In this document: positions 26,081 to 41,215 of the stretch, piece after piece
Layout: each line of letters opens with the position of its first letter
Position numbering within the stretch: position 1 is the first letter of the stretch
NCBI RefSeq assembly: GCF_006345805.1
Contig: NW_021833776.1
Span: 1-54,355, forward strand
Direction: 5' to 3'
DNA: 54,355 nt
DNA from: Octopus sinensis
Lineage: Eukaryota
Made by a program: the position numbers and the translations under genes
Notes under the pieces: generated by a model
What the model was told of the DNA's origin: nothing
Database searches by the model: none
What the model saw: only the letters and a program-made list of their open reading frames with translations

Positions 26081-27169
26081 TATAGCCGTTAGATGCTGAA
26101 TTTAGACGGGCCGTCTAAAGCTTTGTGAGTGCATTTAGTGGACGGAAATTGAAAGAAGCCCATCGTATATATATGTGTGAGTGTGTGTGTGTGTGTGTAT
26201 CTTAGTGTATGTGTTTATCCCCCATCACGGCTTGACAACCGGTTTTGGTGTGTTTACGTCTCCGTTATATAGTGGTTCGACAAAATGAACCGATAGAATA
26301 TGTACTTGGCTTTAAAAAAAGTTCCGGGGCTCGATTTGTTCGACTAAAACCCTTCCGTGGTTACTGCTTCTGTTTGAAGGTGTAGTACATTCACTCAATT
26401 CACTTTATATCAACCCATGGTAATACGTGTTGCTGTTGTTGTTGTTGTGTTGTTGTTTTATTGTTGTCGTTCATGTTGTTGTTATGGTCTCTTATTCACT
26501 CGTGGTTCAATTAACAATAATTAAGTGTCAATATTACAGTAAATATCGGAGCACTTAGTTTACAATTATTCTTGTGAAATTTGTTGTTAGTATTGCTGTT
26601 ATTATTGTTGATGTTGTCACCGTTGTTGTTATTGCTGTTGTTGTTGTTATTGTTGTTGGTCGTGGTGGTTGTGGTGGTGGTGGTGGTGGTGGTGGTGGTG
26701 GTGGTAGTGGCAGTTATGGTAAGGATGACGTGACGACGACGGTAGAAGTTTTGGTGCTGGTGCTGGTGATGGTGATGGTGTTGCTGGTGATACTGGCGGT
26801 GGTATTGGTGGTGGTGGTGTGGTGGTGGTGGTGGTGGTGGTGGTGGTAGTGATAGCGGCGGTAGTAGTAGTTGTGGTGTTCTCAACACACACATGCACAT
26901 GGCGTGACGTCAGTGGTAGCGATGGTAGTGGCGGAGCTGTAGTTTGGATGCTGATGGAGAGAGAGAGAGAGTCAAGAAAACCTCTTGATCTCATTTTGTG
27001 TTTTAAGAAACGTCCGTCGGTAATTGGTTTGGACACTAATTACTGTCCGGCCGATAATAATCTGGAACTGTTCGTCTCAGTCTAGAAACACAACACTAAC
27101 TCCACCAACGCCGCCAACATCACAACCACCACCTAGTGCTATCGCTATCACCGTCATCATCATTATCAT

Positions 27170-27219
<50 letters not shown>

Positions 27220-27469
27220 CTGAAACTCTTTCTATCTCAGTTTTGTATGGTTGAATAAAATACAACTCCCAACAACAATCGTTAATTCTATCGTGATCAT
27301 TATCATCATTAACAGCACTACACTCTCTTACCCATCCACCCCACCCCAATCCAATACATAAACGCAAGCATGCGCATACACAAATACAATACATTACATA
27401 AATGCACACAAAAATACATATATATGTATTCAGAATATATATTATACATTATATATATAGTATATATAT

Positions 27470-27525
<56 letters not shown>

Positions 27526-27545
27526 TATTATATATATATACATAC

Positions 27546-27603
<58 letters not shown>

Positions 27604-28271
27604 AGTACCGCACCCCCGCCAAAAATATCGCCACCACCACCATCATCACCACCACTACCACCATCATCGTCATCACCGCCACGGCTATATAACTTATAGT
27701 CTACACTGTCATATCAGCGTATACGTACATTCATTCCCACACATATTTTCAAAAACCTACACTACCACCACTACCACGAACAACTATACCATTTCTGCTA
27801 CTACCACCACTACCACCAATAATAACAACAACAACAACAACACTATTCAATTATCTATCTGATCGAAATCAGTTGTCACGACAATTTCGCTCCAACTCCC
27901 AACGCCGACTCAGAAATATTCACAGTTCAAACTTTATATCAGTAAAAATTGAATTATCGCCATCAAGCGAGATATTTCTCTCGAGACGCACACAAACACA
28001 CTTTCACTCACACATACACACACACACACACACATATAGCAGTATTTTATGGTTTACCACTCTTGGTTAGTTTGCTGGAGTTCTCTTTTTATAAAAGAGG
28101 GAGGGATTGTTATAGGAACCATTAGAACACTAGCAACAAAATATTGATAATAAAGAATCATGCCATTTACATGTCAAGTGGACGTCAGAACATGTATATT
28201 TGAGGATATTTATATATGGATATGCATAAATGGGAATGCGTGAGAAGTGGACCAATGCCGCTGCGCTTGTG

Positions 28272-28349
<78 letters not shown>

Positions 28350-29299
28350 TGTGTGTATGTGTGTATGTGAGTGTGTCTGTATACACACTCACACAAGATC
28401 TAGAATGTCTGTATACACACTCCAAGATCTAGAATGAAAAGAGAGATTTCAAGCTTAAATACAGTTAGGTAAGAATAGCGTATGAACATCGACAGAAAAA
28501 CATGCACAGTTGACCCCGAAACTTTCACTATAGCTGTAGCTAAACTGCATAATGCGAAGGCACCTGGGAGAGACTTAAGAGTTGGAGACTTGTGCAAGAG
28601 GACTGACTTTTTTACAAAATTCCATCAATATGTATTTTCAACTGGTCTATGAAAACCGAATTGGAATACCAAATTGGCCGGTTATAGCACGGACGAACCT
28701 TGTAGCCAAGAATGAAATCACCGAGCTTGCAGAAAGTTAGGGGGCAAGAGACCTGCCTAAACATTATGTACCACCTGTACATAAGTGACTCAATCCAGGA
28801 TCTTTGTGAACAACATTGTGACTGAGTAGGCAAGTGGAAAGAAGGACATGTGGGGATGTGCCAAACAAATTCCGATAATTTAAGTTGTTTATCTGAAGTA
28901 GTTTATCTACAAAGACCTTGTGGCAGTAATTGCCTGATTATAGGAAAGCATTTGACTCTATTTCCCCTCATGGCTGCTGCAATCTTTACCTGCTCCCTTA
29001 GCTGCACCATTGGGTGAAGATGAAGAATCAATCTCCGAAACAGAACACGTGTACATCAAGACCATTCTATCTCTCATTTTCCACACAAAGGATGTTACAA
29101 ATACATTTATGAAAAGATATCATATGCTAAACAGTAACAAAAATAAATACATAAACTTAGTGTTGAAAAGCGCAAAGTAACAACGTCCAATATCGGCAGT
29201 GAGGTCCTTAGGAAGCACTACTTTCCTGTTAATCCCACCCCCATACAACCCCAGGACTAACATACCTCAAAGACCTGGATATGAAACGCTCACCATACC

Positions 29300-29800
29300 A
29301 AAAAAAAGATTATGCATAAGAATGTTTCCTGAAGACAGTAACATCGACACAAAGCACAGTCTCTCTTGGACTCGTGTGTCCACTATATCATATCACATTT
29401 CGAAGACTAGTATTTGCAATGCGAGAGCGAGAGATTGCTACAAAATACATAACAAAAGAGATAGTGAAGTCTTTGGAGCCCCAATATGCAACCAAAAATG
29501 TAGAATGTGTCATATTTTCGTGGATTATATCACACATTTGATTAGCAGCTGCCTAAAATGTTATCAGGTACATGTCTGCACTAATATGCATGCTATGCAT
29601 TATACAGAAAGTATATAAAAGTATATGTAAAAAGTATAATAGAATATAACATAAATGAGTTCACAAGAAATCTGGAGAAATACAGATTAAACCGAGAGAT
29701 AGCATTGTAAAGACATCAGAATACTTCTAAGTGAACTGTAGTGAAACCAAAGCAATACTCAAACCTACATAGGAGTATACACGTACCTAAATATGTACCA
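29300..29800 (+). mobile_element. Degenerate RLE-type LINE fragment (zinc knuckle region)
   Basis: NKRD...NQKCRMCHIFVDYITHLISSC, a CCHC-type motif as found upstream of RLE domains. Confidence 0.5.
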
Positions 29801-29887
29801 AAACACACATACATATATATACACTCAATATAAATGTAAATACTCATTCATATGTATCTATACAAATGTATATGTATTTTTATGCAT

Positions 29888-30430
29888 ACAGTAATGGCTC
29901 AATATACGAGTTAAAGTGTTCCCGGAGATCGCTCGTAAAGCGATAACACATAAAGCAGAGCAATAATTTCTCATAGTAGCAATGTTATAAATCGTAATTC
30001 ATTTCCAGAAAATATTTTACCTATAAAATTTATAATATTCATAAATAAACGACAATGAAACAACAGTAGAATGTAAAGAACATTTCATGTAAAGTAAAAA
30101 GAATGTCAAGATCATTTATAGTAACAATAAAGTATTATTATTTTAAACGTTTTCTGAATCACTCGTACTACACTCATGCACACCAACACTTGTAGACGTG
30201 ATCGCCGATTCACAAGCACTCGTAGACGGACTTGTAGATGTCTTTTAAAACTCAAGTCTATAGTTGTTTGCTAAGAAGAAGCTTTTATTTCGCTCCCTAT
30301 AAATTTCTCGTTAACACGCATATACATTTGTTATGATAGTAGAAACTTTTGCATTTCGTTCAAAATTTGGACCTTGTGCTTGAAAAATAAAGCTCGCAAA
30401 CTCGAGGTCTCGTAAAGCGAGTCCTCGTAC
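29888..30430. mobile_element. Possible Tigger/pogo-like MITE remnant
   Basis: TA-CAGTAATGGCTCAATATACGAG start and repeated CTCGTAAAGCGA subterminal motifs at both ends; the right TIR is not clean. Confidence 0.3.
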
Positions 30431-30870
30431 TTTATAAAGAGTGAATTTTGTATGTATACTTAGAGTTGAAGTATTGGTGTAACCATGATGTTCTAGTGAT
30501 CTGATGGGCCACTTGTCTTCATCTGCACTGCTTTGTAAATTTACAATTGTATTGTATATAGCGTAGCATGCATATTAGTGCAAACATGTAAAACACACTG
30601 AAATTATTGTTACATGATGAAAGCTACGAAATGACCGTAATCCTAATGACAAATGGTTAAATAAATATATTCACTGCTTATACCTCCTGACATTTTATGG
30701 TTTATATCCTCTTCGCGGAATAATTTCATTGATTGGATCTCCTGGATTTCAGGATACTCTACTGTATTGGATTACTCTGTGGTCTGCTAGCCAAGTCCAT
30801 AAGAGGAGCTTTTTGTGATAACCACACGAGTCTATGGATTCATTAGACTACAATTCATATACATATACAA

Positions 30871-30946
<76 letters not shown>

Positions 30947-32116
30947 TATATATATATATATATGATATATATATATATATATTCATATATATATATATAT
31001 ATATATATATCCATATATATATTCATATATATATTATCCATATATATAATATATCCGATATATATATAATATATATAATATATCATATTATATATGGAGG
31101 GATAGTACACACGTAGATATATGTACACCCACACACACACTCACGCGCGTGCGCTTACACACACACACACACACATACCTATAGTATTCATTTGTAATGA
31201 ATCAAGTACTGCTAGTCTTTACTCTCCACTTTACATTTCGTTTTTTTTTGTTTTTTGTTTTTTTTAATTCTAGATTCCTCTTTCCCCACCTTACACACCC
31301 ACTGTGTTAGTGTATCATAATTATACGCGCGAGAACAAGCAGCTCTTATCATCTCTGCGTAATTGTTATTGCGCTAATTATTTTGCTATGTGTGTGTTTT
31401 TCATTATTATCTAAACTTAAAATAATGTGTGTGTATATATACATGCATAAACATATAAATAACTAACGACAAAATGGCGCCTAGTGGGTTGGTCGGGCCG
31501 ATACTCAGTAGATTTGTGAACTTGTAATATAAACGATATTAAATTGGGTAACATCTACACGACTTAATTGACTGAGAAATTATCTTCACTAGTGGCTGCT
31601 GTCACACGTAACGTTTTTTAAGTTCTAGTTTGTTTCACTGTTAGAAACAGACAGATGGGCATGTGGAAAGAAAGTATTAAAAAAGAAGTGAAAGAATGAG
31701 GCGGGAAGATTGCTAAACAATATTAATAAGCGAACGACAGATGATGTCTTGGGACTGCTGACTGGAAATGGCAGATATACAGGAAAGGATATAACAAACA
31801 TGACAGAGTGTTCAGCTATCTGTTGTAACGTGCTTGAAAAAACAATCAGATAAAGAATCGCCTGCTTTGTGTAATTGTGAAATCATGTGTAGTAAATGCA
31901 TATATGGAGAGTGTGTATCTGCCTATGTGTGTGCCTGTTTATGTGTGTGTGTGTATGTGTGTGTCAAACAGTATAATCTCACATCTAAGTGAGTGTGAGG
32001 ACATGTACGCATGTATGTTTGTGCGTATATCAGTCACACACGCGCTCACACACGCGCACACGCACGCACGCGCACTCATACATATACATACATATATACA
32101 TACACACACACACACA

Positions 32117-32166
<50 letters not shown>

Positions 32167-33012
32167 GTATGTGTGTGTGTGTGTGTAACGATTCCAGCTG
32201 ATAAACGCATTATATATATATATAATGCATGTCTGTATATATATACACACATATACATATATAATGTATATATATATATAGAGAGAGAGAGAGCATTTGG
32301 TTGAACTGAATATGTACTTGTACATATATCCGTATGTACATATACAAGGTTAATATGCATGTATATGCATGTATATACATATGCATTATACATGCGTTCG
32401 TGCGTTATGTATATAGACAGATAGACCGAAAAATTTTACATACATGTAAATATAGAAATACATGTGTGTATGTATGTATGTATGTATGTATGTATGTATG
32501 TATGTATGTATGTATGTGTGTATGTATGTATGTATGTGTATACAGATTGTCTGCATAATTTATCACAATTATGCTGTTTAAGTGAAATTGACGATATTTC
32601 GTCGTTTCTATGTTTCCTACGCCGCGATCAATTTACGTAGTTATATACACTATATATATTATGCGAATATGCACTAAGTATGTCTACATACATGTTATAT
32701 ACAGAAATATACACATTCAAGTATATATTTGCATAAACATTGATATGTTTTATGTATATGTATATGTGTGTGTGTTGTAGACATGCATACAATATCCAGA
32801 CATAAATATATATATATATATATAATATATATATATAGTATATATATATATATATATATGCATAACATACAAACATATATATAGTATGCAAGTTTTAAAC
32901 AACCTGGCAGATGACAGCAGCAGTGGTCAACATTCAAAATTTCACAAACACACAACAGACAAACCACACACACATAGATATATGTACACAGACAACGTAC
33001 ACACCCTCACAT

Positions 33013-33069
<57 letters not shown>

Positions 33070-33071
<2 letters not shown>

Positions 33072-33578
33072 GTAAATCCTCGAGTATAAACCGCATTTTT
33101 TCCCCAAAATTTAAAGGTCAAAATCCCTAGTGCGTACTATATACGGAGGTTAAAAATAAAAATATTTTCTAAGCAATGTCCGAGTTTCTATTTGATTATT
33201 CAGACGCATTTTGTGATGTCGGGCACGAAAATACCTCAAGCTAAGCCTGAAAGCAATGAAGTCATAAAAGACCCATCCATAACTTGCAGTAAACAACAGT
33301 TATTAAACATTATTGCTGTTATTACTGTTATTTCTTTATTTTCTGCAAACAAAATGCACAAAAAAATCTACACGTTTGCATCATGTTATATATACAATAA
33401 TAATAAAGGACGTTACCGAATACTGTTTTACAAACCAAGGACGTTATATAGACCTCCTTGACTCAAGTTAGAGAAGGGATGTGTATTATACACAAGGTTT
33501 AAGTTTTTCAGAGGTACAGTCCCCTAAAAATCCCCTACGTATTATACTCAAGGGTGGACTATACTCGAGGATTTACGG
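33070..33578. mobile_element. Tc1/mariner-superfamily (Tc2/pogo-like) MITE
   Basis: 19-bp perfect TIR CCGTAAATCCTCGAGTATA at both ends; TA on both sides, inside a (TA)n tract. Confidence 0.85.
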
Positions 33579-33607
33579 TATATATATATATATATATATG
33601 TATATGT

Positions 33608-33801
33608 ATTCAAAATGTGACTGCGTGTGTACCGTTGGCGATTTTTTTTCCTCTGTCATCCCTTCTCATATGTTTCCGACGAAGAGCTCCGATCGAAACG
33701 TTAAACCCTCCTTCTTTCCTTCTTTCCTGAGCGTCCAATAATACTATATTTGTTCAACGTCCTTGCGTTGTTGTGCTTTTTGTGCTTTCATGTTTGGATT
33801 A

Positions 33802-33805
<4 letters not shown>
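33608..33805 (+). mobile_element. Penelope-like terminal-repeat fragment containing a degenerate minimal hammerhead (33672-33706)
   Basis: GTTT-CCGACGA-A-GAGC-TCC-GATC-GAAA-CG-TT-AAAC: hammerhead topology with a U4-to-C change and one helix II mismatch. Confidence 0.4.
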
Positions 33806-33845
<40 letters not shown>

Positions 33846-34381
33846 CACTAAAAATTAATATAAACAGTTAGGTACAATGTCATACCAGATCCACCCTCAA
33901 AGGATTTTGGTCGGACCGAGGGTATAACTGAAATCACGAGCCGAGTGTGCCACTGAACTTGGAGCCATGTGTTTGGGAAATAAACTCCTTACAACACAGT
34001 CATGCCAGCATATAATTATATATATATATATTACACACACACACACACACATACACACGTGTGTATGAATATGATAAATGCATATATATGTGTGTTTGTA
34101 TGGATGTACGTATGTATGTATGTACTTGTGTGTGTATATATACTTGTATATATATATATGCATATACAAATATATATATACACACACACACGTGTGTGCA
34201 TATGCACACATGTATGTATACATACATACGAGGTAGTCTTCATATGAGTTTGCGTTAGTGTATGTATATTTTAAATGAGTACCTTGTGTGTACATGTTTC
34301 AGACACTAGCTTGCGCACGCTGTATACTCACACACACATCATTTTTTGTATTAATACTGGTATAAATGATTCTCCCTAGCC

Positions 34382-34419
<38 letters not shown>

Positions 34420-35193
34420 GAATAAATGAAAGAATGGAGTCTCTTTCATTTATTCATATAAAAAACACACAAATTTACACAAGAACCAGGAGTTTCTACC
34501 CTTGACAGGTCGCTTCAACCGTGTTTTTGACGTGGATTTGCTACCCAGGTATCGATATAAACGAATCCATCTACGATAATTCATTCACCTACTATATATA
34601 TGTATATATATATATAGATATATATATAATATATAATAATATATATATTCTTTTATTCTTTCTTTTATTGTCTTACTTGTTCAGTCATTTGGCTGCGGCC
34701 ATGCTGGAGCATCTAATTGAAGAGTCTTAGTCGATCAAATCTACCCCAGGACTTATTTGCTTTAAAGCCTAGCACATACTCGATAGCACATTGCTTCTAC
34801 CTGCGAATTACGCTAAGAGTATAGATGTATACATACATATGGTGAAACGTATACATGTGTGTGTTTATGTATGTGTGATTGTGTGCGTTATATATATTAT
34901 ATATAAAAGTATATGGATAAATTTTATATATATATTATATATATATATATACACATATATATACATACATATATAGATATACACATACATATATATATAT
35001 ATATATATAATATATATATATATAGTATATATATATATATATATATATATACATACATTATATATATATATAATGTATATATTATTTATATACATAAATA
35101 TACCTAATGTATACATGCATATATCCAGATATATATATATATTTACATATGTGTACGTGTAATAATATATGGATATACAGACACATATAGTAT

Positions 35194-35238
<45 letters not shown>

Positions 35239-35429
35239 ATATATATATATATATAGTATATATATATATATATATAATATATATAATATATATTACAAAT
35301 ATATATATATTGTGTGTGTATGCATACAGAGGAGGAGAGATAGTGAGAGAAGAAAGTGCGACAGACAGACAGACAGAACAAACAAACAGACAAACAGACA
35401 AACAGACAAACAGACAGACAGACAGACAG

Positions 35430-35542
<113 letters not shown>

Positions 35543-35939
35543 TAGTAAAACTGCTGGTCGAACAAATATCCGATACATAAAACAGCTGAATTTCTTTCCA
35601 TATTGTCTCTACTACAGACTCAAACTTTAGAAGTCTTTATTCGATCTCTCTTCTAGCGTACAATACGTCCAAGCCAGATGTTAAATGCTTTATATTCATG
35701 ACGTACTATCTTGCTTGAATATTTTATAATTACAATAGTTATATTATGCAATGCTCATTTACTCTTCGTTTGCAATACACCTCGTTGTAAGTGTATGGTA
35801 AGCCAGTGTGGGCATATGGTACATACGTAATCAATATAACAGTTGTAGCCGTAAAGTTTTCTATTTTCATGAAAGTAAACCAATTTATAATAGCACATTG
35901 ATCTTTCATAACTTACTCACGGGTTTCCATGTATGTCGT

Positions 35940-35972
<33 letters not shown>

Positions 35973-35974
35973 CA

Positions 35975-36039
<65 letters not shown>

Positions 36040-36281
36040 GTCTATCTATCTATCTATCTATCGGACTATCTGACTATCTATCTGACTATTTAAGCATATA
36101 TAAATAAATATATATATAAATGGATGAATGAATTATCTTTGTTTACCGTTAAGATTGAAAATTCAATAAACAGTTACCAGGGTAGCAAAATTCACGCAAG
36201 TAACACGGATGAAGCGACCTATTCAAAGGTAGAACTCCGGGTTAATGTGCAGTAATTTGTGTAGTATTTATTTATTATATC

Positions 36282-36315
<34 letters not shown>

Positions 36316-36340
36316 ATATATATATATTATATAATGATTG

Positions 36341-36537
36341 AGAAATGGAGTTGAACGAAGATTGAACAGAAATCGTTCTGTTTTTGGTTTTTTCCAACGG
36401 ATTTCCTATTTCTTCCTGAAGAGAAAGACACAATATGGTCTCCTTATTCAATCGGAATTTGGTAAATTGTGGCTTTCGAAACACGTGTAGAATGCAATAA
36501 AACGATTTCTGTTCAATCTTCGTTCAACTCCATTTCT
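36341..36537. mobile_element. Short foldback element / MITE with 37-bp perfect inverted repeats
   Basis: AGAAATGGAGTTGAACGAAGATTGAACAGAAATCGTT at 36341-36377 and its reverse complement at 36501-36537. Confidence 0.7.
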
Positions 36538-36703
36538 TCAATTCACTAATAATATTAAAATTCAATTATCCGCACCAACGCATGGTTGCAACACCATATG
36601 GTTGTACCTCCAACCGTGCTGTCTTCTGCTGTGATTTTTGCTACCAAGGTATCGGTTAAACTTTTGATTAATCTGCAACAAGATTATTCATCTTTCTATT
36701 TCA

Positions 36704-36739
<36 letters not shown>

Positions 36740-36758
36740 CTCAGATATTTATTATTGC

Positions 36759-36795
<37 letters not shown>

Positions 36796-36822
36796 TGTAT
36801 GTATGTATGTATGTATGTATGC

Positions 36823-36853
<31 letters not shown>

Positions 36854-37418
36854 TGTATGTATGTATATGTATGTATGTATATGTATGTATATGTATGTAT
36901 GTATGCATGTATGTATGTATGTATATATGTATGTATATATGTACTGGCTGTACTCCAGCATGACCACAGCCTTGGGGCTGAAGCATATAAAAGAATAAAA
37001 TTATACATATATTCTTTTGGCGTACTGTTTTTATGATGTAAATATCAATATCCCTTCACCGTGTTTTTATAAGCTATGCCGTCCTTAATGTGGAATTTTC
37101 AAGCATGCTAATGTTAAGTATGATACTGTTAATGCTAGGTAATAAATTCTGTTGTATACATATAAACTATTGTTTTCATATCTAATACGGTGACGGTACA
37201 AGGGAGATACTGGGGAATATATCTGATATATGTGATGGCATGCACATACACGAACATACATACATACATATATATATATATATATGCGTGTGTGTGTGTG
37301 CAGGTGTGCGTGTGTCTATGTGTTTATGTGTGTGTGTGCATATATATAGAAATATTTATATCTGTATATATATAATATCATATATCATAATCATATACAT
37401 ATTTCATCTTTCATATAC

Positions 37419-37455
<37 letters not shown>

Positions 37456-37459
37456 ATAT

Positions 37460-37503
<44 letters not shown>

Positions 37504-37658
37504 CATATATATATATACATATATATATATACATATATATACATATACATACATAATATACATATATATACATATATATACATATACATCATACATATAC
37601 ATATACATACATATACATATATATACATATATATACATATACATACATATACATACAT

Positions 37659-37749
<91 letters not shown>

Positions 37750-37974
37750 ACACCTCAAACCCACAAGAGTAAACGAGAGACAAGACAGGCAGAAACAAAG
37801 AAAATGGCACTTATATTTGAACACTATACAAATATTCTGTCAAAAACCCTTTTTTAATTTTTCTAAATTTAATTGTTTTCCATACTTAAAGTTAAAAAAG
37901 TCTAAATGACTGAAACCGGTACTGAAATGTTTTTTATAAATTTGTTTTAGCATGTTCTCTCTTGACTTTTTTTT

Positions 37975-38013
<39 letters not shown>

Positions 38014-39120
38014 GAGATTATACTATGCTGTGTGATATAAGCTATATGTAATGCGTTATGCCTGTATGTAAACCACCTCTGTGCCGTGTTTAATATACAG
38101 AAACTGTACTGATATGAATATAAATACTCAGTGATTTACTGAAAATATAAACACATAGGGATAAGTTTACTAAACAATTGTTCTAGATGTGTGTACATAT
38201 ATCTACAAAAAAAAAAGAGATTGTATGTTTGCATGTATGTATGTGGTATAATCACGAAAAATTTTCAAAAGTGTTCGTCCTGAGAAAAACAGATTCAATT
38301 TTCGAAATCTCCGTTCTAAATGTACGTTTTCGGTAATTAATAACAAAAAAAAATGTATAATTTGCTGAGAGAACTCCACTTTTAGATTACCAAAATCTGC
38401 GACTCTCTATCTATTTCTATCAGGTTCTCCCTTTTACGCCATTCTTCTCTGTCTGTATATACATTTATCACACTTTTTATCACTATCTGTCTGTATATGT
38501 ATGTCTCTCACACATGCTACGCTACCTCACTCTACCTCCCTCTCTTACTCTCTCTCTCTCGATATTACATTGTAATACTATCAACAGCGTCTATCTAGCT
38601 CTATGTAAATTATTTACATGTCTTTTCGACCGTTTTACATAACTCTTTTCATTAAAACTTATTAAAATTTATAACAACTTTTATTGTTGTGCTGTTTTGC
38701 TTTCATTTTATTTAAACTTCTTTCATTTTGTGATAGATATCAATCCCGCAGAAAATGGTAGCTTCCACGTCTTCTTTTCTGATTGGGTAAAAATTATAAA
38801 ACATTTTTCTAAATGTTTTTCTAGAATAAATGAATCATGAAAATAAGATTCCGCGTGGAAAAGTACATCAATATACCAAAATCGTAAAATTTTCACAAAA
38901 TGTAAAAATTTTAAAATCTGTGAGAGCAACAGAAAGTGTACAAGGATGGAAACATACCAACATTAGTTGTGTAGAGGTGGTGTGGCCAAACATATATATG
39001 TTCATACATATATATACATACATATGCCTATACATATGTATACATACATATGCATATATATGGATTGTAAACATTTTACAAAGTGTATATCCAGGACAAT
39101 TACAATGAAGATTTGTACAT

Positions 39121-39538
39121 CTCTTTTACTCTTTTACTCTTTTACTTGTTTCAGTCATTTGACTGCGGCCATGCTGGAGCACCGCCTTTAGTCGAGCAAA
39201 TCGACCCCGGGACTTATTCTTTGTAAGCCCAGTACTTATTCTATCGGTCTCTTCTGCCGAACCGCTAGGTGACGGGGACGTAAACACACCAGCATCGGTT
39301 GTCAAGCAATGCTAGGGGGACAAACACAGACACACAAACATATACACACACACTTATATATATATACATATATACGACAGGCTTCTTTCAGTTTCCGTCT
39401 ACCAAATCCACTCACAAGGCATTGGTCGGCCCAGGGCTATAGCAGAAGGCACCTGCCTAAGATGCCACGCAGTGGGACTGAACCTGGAACCATGTGGTTC
39501 ATAAGCAAGCTACTTACCACACAGTCACTCCTGCGCCT
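39121..39538 (-). mobile_element. tRNA-derived CORE-type SINE, full length (other copies or fragments: 1-180, 690-830, 4085-4320, 26085-26360, 34660-34830, 41820-42135, 44830-45040)
   Basis: Head AGGCGCAGGAGTGACTGTGTGGTAAGTAG...GGTTCAGTCCC with A/B-box-like motifs, then a CORE-like ATCTTAGGCAGGTGCCTTCT segment; many similar copies in the window. Confidence 0.8.
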
Positions 39539-40448
39539 CGGATATTTTTTATTTCGAACGTCAGTTTTACAGCATATTTGATTTAAATGAACCCTACTCA
39601 TGTTTTTGCTGCATAGCCATTTTGAAATTGCATTTGTTTCCAGTTACTTTCGACAGGTGACACTGATGAGGTCTGAAGCAAAATAACTGAATGTAGATTT
39701 AGCTAACATAATATTTGGTGAGTTATTATAGTTTTTGAGTGCAAAGAAGAAATATTTTGAGACTTGTTACCCCTATAAAAGTTGCTAAAAGGTTATCCCT
39801 ATCCTGAGCCTAGGTTTGAATTTCGAATCGAGAATAAAAACAACACTAGCCTTAGGTGAATCATGAATTAGTATGCTTCAAATATTGCGTACAATAACTG
39901 GTTACCAATTCAGATATTACTATAACTAATTACCAATTCAGATATAATTTAATATACAAGATATGTGAAACATACTTGTGAAGCCAATTCCAATTGTTCT
40001 TAGTATGAATCATGTTTTAATTTAGTTGTTTGGTGGTCCTATATGTGTTGCAAGAATTTTTAAATATGTAGTTTTACGTATAGAGAATAGCCATTCCTAC
40101 GTTATACAAGCAAACTAAATATTACACTGGCATTTAGCATGTAAACTCAGGCACCTCCTATTTATGTGGTGCTTACTTAATTACGAATCACTTCGATAGA
40201 AGTATTTGAATGTCTTTCTGCAAAGGTGCAGACATCTTAGTGCCTGTTCTTGCCTACTATTAAGCAACTGGTGTTTAGACGTGAAAATATGGAATATTTC
40301 TACTATGCAGAAAGTGCATATTTTCCTTAAGGAAAATGTGTGTGTGCATGCACACACACACACATACACATTAGGAAAATGTGTGTGCACATGCACACAC
40401 ACACATACGATTAGTTCTTATCCAAATCCTGACAGCTTATATATATAC

Positions 40449-40531
<83 letters not shown>

Positions 40532-41061
40532 TTAAGGGACCAGATAAACACATTTAAGCTCATGTTATGCGTTTTCTTTCCATCCGTAAATGAAGCTAAA
40601 TGATTTTCCAGTCTCGCCTTCAAACTTGTCCACCATGCACGAATATAAAGGGGCGAAATTCTACCTGGCGTAACTCTACGCCTGTATACTATATTTTCCT
40701 CAAACTTTAAGAGGAAGATTTTATTCTTTCCACAGTTACAAAGATTTTATCTTTCCAAATATATCTTGAGCTTAAAGTATGATGATATTAATATTACCGA
40801 TTGCTCCATTGTAGAACGTTCTCTATCGTAATGGCTTTAGAAGATGTGATCTTTGTCTCCCAGAAAATTATAGGCATCCTGTTACAGCTTTTTGTAAGAC
40901 TGTAACAGGACACTGAACAAAATGCCGGAATTGGTGAATTTTTATAAACAATTCCATCGATATTTACCGAGGATTTTCCAAATACCAGCTGGGTAAAATA
41001 GTTTATTTCCCGGGTGAAGGACAACTTTTCATGAACACTAGCCACCTTCTTTATTTTTGTG

Positions 41062-41215
<154 letters not shown>

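Noticed and set aside
26511-27036. His/Thr/Asn-rich minus-strand ORFs as a possible exon
   Set aside because: Made of trinucleotide microsatellites, with no recognisable domain and no HAND C-terminal motif.
28612-29090. Short ORFs (PTQSQ...; MRDRMVL...GAG|GTAAAG donor-like site)
   Set aside because: No recognisable domain; adjacent to a decayed LINE fragment and probably part of it.
38960-39000. Minus-strand TGG CCA CAC CAC (WPHH) as HAND exon 2
   Set aside because: No preceding GRTG and no following VWA; adjacent to microsatellite.
40794-41045. 83-aa minus-strand ORF as transposase or exon
   Set aside because: No motif I can assign with confidence.
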